NCBI GenBank assembly: GCA_040007035.1
Contig: JBDTVU010000004.1
Span: forward strand, 3,232-67,231
From: Betaproteobacteria bacterium
GTDB taxonomy: Bacteria > Pseudomonadota > Gammaproteobacteria > Burkholderiales > Casimicrobiaceae
Reading direction: 5' to 3'
DNA length: 64,000 nt
Below are positions 57,684 to 64,000 of this stretch, in pieces. Numbering within the stretch: position 1 is the stretch's first letter; each line of letters opens with the position of its first letter. The position numbers and the translations under genes were made by a program. A model generated the notes under the pieces. It was not told the DNA's origin and made no database searches. It was given only the letters and a program-made list of their open reading frames with translations.

Positions 57684-57803
57684 GCGGACTCCGTGACGGC
57701 GCGGCGAAATGCCGCGGCGAACGACAATGTTAGCGCAGGCGAGGCTTCGGTGCGACGCGCTGCTGCGGTAGAATGAGAGCGTCATCACTCTCTCCGTTCA
57801 GCC

Positions 57804-59309
57804 ATGTCCGCCGCCGCTTTCGACCTCCTCGTCATTGGCGCCGGCATCAACGGCGCGGGCATCGCGCGCGATGCGGCTGGCCGCGGCCTGTCGGTGCTCG
57901 TCGTCGAGCAGGACGACATCGCCGCCGCGACGTCGCAGTGGAGCACCAAGCTGATCCACGGCGGCCTCCGCTATCTCGAGTACTACGAATTCCGTCTCGT
58001 CCGCGAGTCACTGTCCGAGCGCGAGATCGTGCTGCGGCAGGCGCCGCATCTCGTCGCGCCGCTGCAGTTCGTCCTGGCGCACGAGCCGCACCTGCGGCCG
58101 GCGTGGATGATCCGGATGGGGCTCTTCATGTACGACCATCTGTCGCGGCGGGTGACGCTGCCGGCATCGTTCGGCGTCAACCTCGCGGGCTCGAAATGGG
58201 GCGCCGGGCTGAAGCCCCGCTTCGGCAAGGGCTTCGTCTACGCCGACGCGCGCGTCGACGACGCGCGGCTCGTGCTCGCCAACGAAATGGCGGCGCGCGA
58301 CCTCGGTGCAGACGTCCGCGTGCGCACGCGGCTGACCGGCGCGGTGCGCCAACAGGGGCATTGGCGCGCGACGCTTACCGGGCCGGACGGCACGACGACG
58401 GAGGTCACCGCGCGAGCGATCGCCAACGTTGCGGGGCCGTGGGTCAAGGTCATCCGCGACGCCGTCGGCGCGACGCCGTCGAAGGAGAACGTTCGCCACG
58501 TCAAGGGCAGCCACATCGTCGTGCCGCGCGTGCATGCGGAAAATCACGCATACCTGCTGCAGAACGCCGACAACCGGATCGTGTTCGTCATTCCGTTCGA
58601 AGGCCGCTATTCGCTGATCGGCACCACCGACGTGCCTGTTACCGAGTTCGAGCGGCCGGAGATCTCCGCCACCGAGGTCGACTACCTGCTCGACCTTGCC
58701 AACACCTATCTCGACCGGCCGCTGACGAAGGCCGACGTGGTGTGGACGTTCTCGGGCATCCGGCCGCTGTACGACGACGGTGCGTCCGACCCGTCGGCGA
58801 TCACCCGCGACTACGTGCTGAAGCTCGATGGCGGTGGCGACGCCGGCGCGCCGCTTTTGTCCGTCTACGGCGGCAAGATCACGACGTACCGCAAGCTCGC
58901 CGAGCACGTAATGGACGAGCTGCAGCCGTTCTTCCCGAAGATGAAGCCGGGCTGGACGAAGGACGTGCCGCTGCCCGGCGGCGACTTGCCGGCGGGCGGT
59001 CTGGCCGCGTGGACGGCGGAGCTCGCGCGTCGCTATCCGGCGGTGCCGGCCGATGTCGTCGCGGGACTCGCGCGTCGCCACGGCTCGCTTGCGCCGAAGA
59101 TTCTCGGTGACGAACAAACGCCGGCGAGTCTTGGCGAAATCTTCGGCAACGGGCTGACCGCTGCGGAAGTCCGCTACATGGTGCGCGAGGAATGGGCGCG
59201 CACGGCCGACGACGTGCTGTGGCGGCGGAGCAAGTGCGGCCTCGGCCTGGACGACGCCGCCCGCGCGCGCGTCGCCGCGTGCGTCGCGCAGGCGCGCGCC
59301 GCCGCGTGA
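57804..59309 (+). CDS. glpD: FAD-dependent glycerol-3-phosphate dehydrogenase
   Basis: FAD motif DLLVIGAGINGAGIARDAAGRG and ...TKLIHGGLRYLEYYEFRLV. Confidence 0.85.
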   Translation: MSAAAFDLLVIGAGINGAGIARDAAGRGLSVLVVEQDDIAAATSQWSTKLIHGGLRYLEYYEFRLVRESLSEREIVLRQAPHLVAPLQFVLAHEPHLRPAWMIRMGLFMYDHLSRRVTLPASFGVNLAGSKWGAGLKPRFGKGFVYADARVDDARLVLANEMAARDLGADVRVRTRLTGAVRQQGHWRATLTGPDGTTTEVTARAIANVAGPWVKVIRDAVGATPSKENVRHVKGSHIVVPRVHAENHAYLLQNADNRIVFVIPFEGRYSLIGTTDVPVTEFERPEISATEVDYLLDLANTYLDRPLTKADVVWTFSGIRPLYDDGASDPSAITRDYVLKLDGGGDAGAPLLSVYGGKITTYRKLAEHVMDELQPFFPKMKPGWTKDVPLPGGDLPAGGLAAWTAELARRYPAVPADVVAGLARRHGSLAPKILGDEQTPASLGEIFGNGLTAAEVRYMVREEWARTADDVLWRRSKCGLGLDDAARARVAACVAQARAAA

Positions 59310-59332
59310 CCGACGCTGCGCCGGCACCGGCA

Positions 59333-60121
59333 ATGCAGCCGCTGGCGCAAATGCCCGACGCCGTGCGCCGCGCGATTCGCGGCGTCCTCACCGACATCGA
59401 CGACACGTTGTCGACGCACGGCCGCCTGACCGCCGGCGCCTACGCCGCGATGGAGCGGCTGCGCGCCGCAGGCAAGCTCGTGATTCCGATCACCGGCCGC
59501 CCCGCCGGCTGGTGCGACCACATCGCGCGGATGTGGCCGGTCGATGCCGTGGTCGGCGAGAACGGCGCGCTGTGGATGCGCTACGACGAAGGAGCGCGCC
59601 GGCTCGTCCGCGGCTACGCCGTGCCGGACGCCGAGCGACGCGCCAACCGTGCCCGGCTGGCCGCCATCGGCGAATGGATCGCCGCCGCGGTGCCCGGCTG
59701 CGCGCTCGCGTCGGACCAGCTCTATCGCGAGACGGACCTCGCGATCGATTTCCGCGAGGACGTGCCGCCGCTCCCGCGAGCGAGCGTCGACCGCATCGTC
59801 GCGCTGATGGAAGCCGAGGGCATGACGGCGAAAGTCAGCTCGATCCACGTCAACGGCTGGTTCGGCCGCTACGACAAGCTGGCGATGACGCGGACACTGC
59901 TGGCCGAGGCGTTCGGCATCGACGTCGACGCCGAGCGTGCGCGCTTCGCCTTCGTCGGCGACTCGCCCAACGACGCGCCGATGTTCGCGTTCTTCCCCAA
60001 TGCCGTCGGCGTCGCCAACGTCCGCGAATTCGCCGACCGGATCGCGACGCTGCCCGCGTACGTGACGTTCGCCGAAGCCGGCGCGGGCTTTGCCGAGCTC
60101 GCGGCGGCGCTGCTCGCCTAG
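59333..60121 (+). CDS. HAD-IIB family phosphatase
   Basis: Motif I LTDIDDTL and motif IV GDSPNDAPMF. ATG 59333; an in-frame GTG at 59306 overlapping the glpD stop is an alternative start. Confidence 0.7.
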   Translation: MQPLAQMPDAVRRAIRGVLTDIDDTLSTHGRLTAGAYAAMERLRAAGKLVIPITGRPAGWCDHIARMWPVDAVVGENGALWMRYDEGARRLVRGYAVPDAERRANRARLAAIGEWIAAAVPGCALASDQLYRETDLAIDFREDVPPLPRASVDRIVALMEAEGMTAKVSSIHVNGWFGRYDKLAMTRTLLAEAFGIDVDAERARFAFVGDSPNDAPMFAFFPNAVGVANVREFADRIATLPAYVTFAEAGAGFAELAAALLA

Positions 60122-60153
60122 CGCGGACGGCCGGCGGTCGCCGGCGACGTTGG

Positions 60154-61641
60154 CTACTTCGCGGCGGCCAGCGCCGCGAGCTTGCCGAGGTCGACCTGCT
60201 TCAACGCCCCGGCCAGCGCGTCGGGGTCGACCCCCGAACCGCGCACCGAGACGCTGAAGCGATCGGAGGCGATGACGTCGACCTCGCCGCTGCGGCCGCG
60301 CCGGTCGTAGCGCTCATGGACGAGCGTGCCGTCGACACGGCGCGTGCGCTCGTAGCCGCTGTCGGTTTCCTTTTCCATGCTCGGATCGAACTTCGCCGCC
60401 AGGCCGGCGAGGCCGGACAGCGAACCCATGTCGGCGATCTCGATCGTGATCCGGCCGTCGCCGCCGCTGTACACGCCGATGGCGCTCGATCCCTTGATTC
60501 CCATCGCCTCGCCGCTCTGCCCCGACGATTCGTTGCGCTGCATTCCGGGCAACGCACCCGGCAGCAATTCGCGGAGGCGGTGGAAATCGACCGGCTGCAC
60601 GTCGCGACCCCCCGTCACCAGCGCGCCGACGGCGCCCAGCGCCGCGTTGACGTCGGCGGGCGGGGCGTTCGCGCCCGCGCGCCCGGCCTTGTCGGCCTCT
60701 TTGCCGAACTTCTCCAGCGTCTTCAGAGCCTCGCCGACCTTCGCCCGTTCGGCGTCGGTCTTGCCGCCGAAGATGCCCGACAGCACGCCGGCCGCCGCGT
60801 CGGTCGCGGCCGTGTCGCCGCGGCCTTGCATCGACAGCGTGGTGTTTGCGCGCATCCCGGCAAAACCGAGCCCGCCGATCACGAGCGTGCTGACGAGGCC
60901 GACGACGACGCTGACGACGATCGCGCAGAGGACGAGCACGATCGTGTAGCCGATCGACTTCTCCGGCGGGCAGCGCATCAGCAGCGGCAGCCCGGTGTAC
61001 AGGAGATATAGACCGTAGAGCCCGGCGAGAACGCCGAGGATGGAGAGCGCAGGCAGGATGTTAAGCACGCCGGCGACCCACGCCGGCGTGAACGCGTACG
61101 CAACGACCTTCAGTGCCGCCAGTGGGTTCTTCTGCGCGTCGAACGTCGGCGCCAGCGCGTCGACGAGCCAGCTGATCAGGAACACGCCGACGAACGCCAG
61201 CACGTAGCTCACCACCGCCGTCGCGAGGCCGGTGACGACCGGAACGCGCAGCGTCCCCAGCAGCGGCACGCCGACGCCGACCAGCGAGTGGCCGATGAAC
61301 GCCGCGACGACGCCGATCGCGGCGAGCGGCGCGACGTACCCGAGATAGATTGCGCGCGCCGACGACGGCTCGGCGGCGATCACCGGCCACTCGGTCGACG
61401 GCGACAGCAGGATCGCCTTGACGCGGGCGACGATGCCGCGGACGGCGTCGGCGTCGAACGCGGGCGCTTCGCTGCCGGCCGGCTGGCTGGCGACACCGGC
61501 GGCTGCCGGCGCCGGTGCGCTCGCGGCCGGCGCCGCCGGCTCGGCCTCGGGTTTCGATGGCGCCGCAGCAACGACGGCGCCGCAATGGTTGCAGAAGCGT
61601 GCGCCGTCGACGATCGATTTACCGCACTGGCTGCAGAACAT
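60154..61641 (-). CDS. Zinc-ribbon / Yip1-domain integral membrane protein with an uncharacterised C-terminal soluble domain
   Basis: Start MFCSQCGKSIVDGARFCNHCG (C4 ribbon) at reverse ATG 61641. Then a Pro/Ala linker, about 5 TM segments in a Yip1-like arrangement, and roughly 220 aa of non-hydrophobic C-terminus. Confidence 0.6.
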   Translation of the reverse strand: MFCSQCGKSIVDGARFCNHCGAVVAAAPSKPEAEPAAPAASAPAPAAAGVASQPAGSEAPAFDADAVRGIVARVKAILLSPSTEWPVIAAEPSSARAIYLGYVAPLAAIGVVAAFIGHSLVGVGVPLLGTLRVPVVTGLATAVVSYVLAFVGVFLISWLVDALAPTFDAQKNPLAALKVVAYAFTPAWVAGVLNILPALSILGVLAGLYGLYLLYTGLPLLMRCPPEKSIGYTIVLVLCAIVVSVVVGLVSTLVIGGLGFAGMRANTTLSMQGRGDTAATDAAAGVLSGIFGGKTDAERAKVGEALKTLEKFGKEADKAGRAGANAPPADVNAALGAVGALVTGGRDVQPVDFHRLRELLPGALPGMQRNESSGQSGEAMGIKGSSAIGVYSGGDGRITIEIADMGSLSGLAGLAAKFDPSMEKETDSGYERTRRVDGTLVHERYDRRGRSGEVDVIASDRFSVSVRGSGVDPDALAGALKQVDLGKLAALAAAK

Positions 61642-61757
61642 TGACGGGCTCCTCGATGGAATCGTGCCGCGCACGGCGCGCACGAGCTCAGGCGATTGTG
61701 CGCCGCGCCGCCTGCCGTTTCAACGGCGCGGGGCGCCGAAGCGCGAAGCGGCGGGCG

Positions 61758-63047
61758 TCAGCGCCGCGGTGCCAGCGCCGCGCGTCCGGCATAGCGGGCG
61801 CCGGCGCCGAGCGCCTCCTCGATCCTCAGCGCCTCGTTCCACTTCGCCATCCGCTCGCCGCGGGCGAACGAGCCGACCTTCAACTGGCCGGTGTTCCAGC
61901 CGACGGCGAGATGGACGATCGAAACATCCTCCGTTTCGCCCGACCGCGCCGACACGATCGTCGCGAAGCCCGCCGCGGCGGCCGCGGTGCGCGCGGTGAG
62001 CGTTTCGGTGACGGTGCCCGCCTGGTTCGGCTTCAGCAGCACGGCGTTGCACGCGCGATCGGCGGCGGCGAGCGCGACTCGCGCCGCGTTCGTCGTCAGG
62101 TAGTCATCGCCGACGATCTGCACGCGGGCACCGGCCGCCCGCGCGAACGCGATCCAGCCGTCGCGATCGTCCTCGGCGAGCGGGTCCTCGATCGACACGA
62201 TCGGATAGCGGTCGAGCCAGCCGACGAGCATTTCGATCATCCCGTCGCGGTCCAATTCGCGCCGGTCGAGCCCGAGCGTGTAGCGGCCGTCGCGGCCGAA
62301 CTCGGACGCGGCGATGTCGAGCGAGATCGCGACGTCGGCGCCCGGCGTGTAGCCCGCCCGTTCGATCGCGCGAACGAGCATCGTCAGCGCCGCCTCGTTG
62401 GAGTCGAACGCCGGCCACCACCCGCCTTCGTCGGCAACGCCGGCGAGCGCGCCCGCCTCGCGCATCAGGTCGCCGGCGGCGCGGTAGACCTCCGCCGTCA
62501 TCGCCAGCGCTTCGCCGAACGACGTAGCGCCGACGGCGATCACCATCAGGTCCTGGATGTCGATCCGCCGGCCGGCGTGCGCGCCGCCGCCGAAGATCTG
62601 GATTTGGGGCAGCGGCAGCGACACCGGACCGTCGCCCGCGAGCCAGCGCCACAGCGGCGTCTGTTGTGCGGCCGCGGCGGCGTGGGCGACGGCGAGCGAC
62701 ACGGCAACCGTCGAATTGCCGCCGAGCGCCGCCTTGTCCGGCGTGCCGTCCAGTGCGATCAGCGCGCCGTCGATCGCCGCCTGGTCCCGTGCGTCGCGAC
62801 CAACGAGCGCGCGGGCGATTGCGCCGTCGACGCTGGCGATCGCGCGCGTCACGTCCAGCCCGCCGAACGCCGCGCCGCCGTCGCGCAGGTCGATCGCCTC
62901 GCGCGAGCCCCGCGAGGCGCCGGCCGGCGCGATCGCCCGCCCCGACGTGCCGTCCCACAGAGTCACTTCCGCCTCGACCGTCGGGCGCCCGCGCGAGTCC
63001 CAGACGCGGCGCGCGCGGATCGACGCGATCGCCGTGGCGGACGTCAT
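61758..63047 (-). CDS. Divergent enolase (phosphopyruvate hydratase) paralogue
   Basis: Enolase landmarks WDSRGRPTVEAEV, GGAHAG, ADEGGWWP, DIAASEF, SIEDPL, VGDDYLTTN, LLKPNQAG, SARSGETED and GQLKVGSFARGERMAKWNEALRIEE. Start MTSATAIASIRARRV at reverse ATG 63047, overlapping the upstream stop (ATGA). Confidence 0.75.
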   Translation of the reverse strand: MTSATAIASIRARRVWDSRGRPTVEAEVTLWDGTSGRAIAPAGASRGSREAIDLRDGGAAFGGLDVTRAIASVDGAIARALVGRDARDQAAIDGALIALDGTPDKAALGGNSTVAVSLAVAHAAAAAQQTPLWRWLAGDGPVSLPLPQIQIFGGGAHAGRRIDIQDLMVIAVGATSFGEALAMTAEVYRAAGDLMREAGALAGVADEGGWWPAFDSNEAALTMLVRAIERAGYTPGADVAISLDIAASEFGRDGRYTLGLDRRELDRDGMIEMLVGWLDRYPIVSIEDPLAEDDRDGWIAFARAAGARVQIVGDDYLTTNAARVALAAADRACNAVLLKPNQAGTVTETLTARTAAAAAGFATIVSARSGETEDVSIVHLAVGWNTGQLKVGSFARGERMAKWNEALRIEEALGAGARYAGRAALAPRR

Positions 63048-63997
63048 CGCGCCGTCCCGGCGGCCCAGGCCGCGGCGATCGGCGCCAGCGCCGGGGACGG
63101 CGCCACGAGCAGCCGTCGCGCGAATCGGCGCACCTCGTCCTTGTCTTCGTATGTCGTGAGGTACTCGACCGGCGACTTGCCGTCGATCCGCGCGAGCATC
63201 AGCGCCGGCAGCAACGCCGCAGTGCGCGCTTCGAGCGCCGCGCGCGGCTCCCACGCGACGTGCGCGAAGTAGGCGTCTGCCAGCGCGTTGAACGTGTCGA
63301 CGTAGCGCCCGCGCCACGCCGGATGCCACGCGCCCTTCAACAGCAGGTGATTGAGCACGAACGCGAGATCGAACGCCGGGTCGCCGTACCACGCGCATTC
63401 GGCGTCGAGGATGACCGGACCGGCCGGACCCTGCAGCAGGTTCTTCGGGCTGAAGTCGCCGTGGACCAGCACCCGCTTCGTCGTCCGCGTCGTCTCCACC
63501 AGCGCGTCGAATCGTGACGCGAGGTCAGGATGTGCGCGGCCGGTGGCGACGAGGTAGGGCTCGAGCCGGATCGCGTAAAAGATGTCGTCGGTGGCGAATC
63601 GCAGCGCGAGGTCCGGCCGGTCGGCAGTGGCGGCGTGGATCTGCCCGAGCACCGCGCCCACCGCAGCCGCCGCGCCGGCGTCGATCTCGCCCGCCGCGAG
63701 CAGCGACTTCCACACCGGATGATCGTCCGGCGCGAGCCACGCCATCGCAAAGGCGCCGGCGTCGCGGTCCTCGCCCAGGATCGCCGGCACCGCGGCCGGG
63801 ACGATCGCGCCGGCGACGCGCATCCAGTCGACCTCGTAGCGGTTGCGCTCGACCGGCGCGCGCCAGTCGGCGGCCACCTTGAGCTTCGGCAGCGCGCGCT
63901 TGACGCAGATGACGCCGGACGGCAATTCGGCGCGATAAATGTCCGAGGAGACGCCGCCGGCAAGCGCGACCCACCGAATCGGTTGGTGAGCGCACAC
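63044..63997 (-). CDS. APH-fold phosphotransferase, 5-methylthioribose-kinase (MtnK)-like; 5' end may lie beyond the window
   Basis: Nucleotide-binding GGVSSDIYRAE...VCVKRALPKLK, catalytic loop LVHGDFSPKNLL and metal-binding DAECAWYGDPAFDLAFVLNHLLLK. The first in-window start is a GTG at 63997, 3 nt from the window edge. Confidence 0.65.
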   Translation of the reverse strand: MCAHQPIRWVALAGGVSSDIYRAELPSGVICVKRALPKLKVAADWRAPVERNRYEVDWMRVAGAIVPAAVPAILGEDRDAGAFAMAWLAPDDHPVWKSLLAAGEIDAGAAAAVGAVLGQIHAATADRPDLALRFATDDIFYAIRLEPYLVATGRAHPDLASRFDALVETTRTTKRVLVHGDFSPKNLLQGPAGPVILDAECAWYGDPAFDLAFVLNHLLLKGAWHPAWRGRYVDTFNALADAYFAHVAWEPRAALEARTAALLPALMLARIDGKSPVEYLTTYEDKDEVRRFARRLLVAPSPALAPIAAAWAAGTAR

Positions 63998-64000
63998 TAT

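Noticed and set aside
57769-57774. A TAGAAT hexamer 30 nt upstream of glpD as a promoter -10.
   Set aside because: There is no acceptable -35 or extended -10 at the proper spacing, and it would leave a very short leader. It is too weak to report as a feature.

Overview
This is a very GC-rich proteobacterial chromosome segment (G+C not computed; about two-thirds or more by eye) covering the replication-origin neighbourhood. It is almost entirely housekeeping.

Gene layout, left to right:
- mutM, a lone dynamin-like GTPase, ferredoxin/coaD/rsmD, ftsY, rpoH, kup
- ntrX-ntrY-DUF4390, rsmB-fmt-def, LysM protein-dprA-type IA topoisomerase
- a two-gene 2-keto-3-deoxypentonate-to-2-oxoglutarate module
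- gyrB-dnaN-dnaA, diverging from rpmH-rnpA-yidD-yidC-mnmE
- an AbrB-family membrane protein, tam, pckG, a PfkB kinase, mnmG-rsmG-parA-parB
- a Prx5 peroxiredoxin, a BNR propeller + MoaD/ThiS pair, the full atpIBEFHAGDC operon
- a MaoC-PTA fusion, fumC, an M20 amidohydrolase, glpD, a HAD-IIB hydrolase
- a Zn-ribbon/Yip1 membrane protein, then an enolase paralogue overlapping an MtnK-like kinase

The gene order (no recF between dnaN and gyrB, ntrYX beside rsmB) looks betaproteobacterial. That is inference only. I recognised no tRNA, rRNA, CRISPR array, transposase or integrase.

Features not in the ORF track:
- rpmH (44 aa)
- two ParB-type parS palindromes upstream of mnmG
- one perfect DnaA box upstream of dnaA
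- a sigmaE-type and a sigma70-type promoter upstream of rpoH
- several hairpin terminators
- a 46-codon HtpX C-terminal remnant between fmt and rsmB

I found no clear-cut new multi-gene system. The best second-look candidates are the enolase-paralogue/MtnK-like kinase pair, the translationally coupled BNR propeller + Gly-Gly ubiquitin-like protein pair, rnpA with no canonical start codon, the NtrX regulator with a dead AAA+ module, the lone dynamin-like GTPase and the Zn-ribbon/Yip1 protein.

All family assignments rest on motif recognition by eye. No database search was run.
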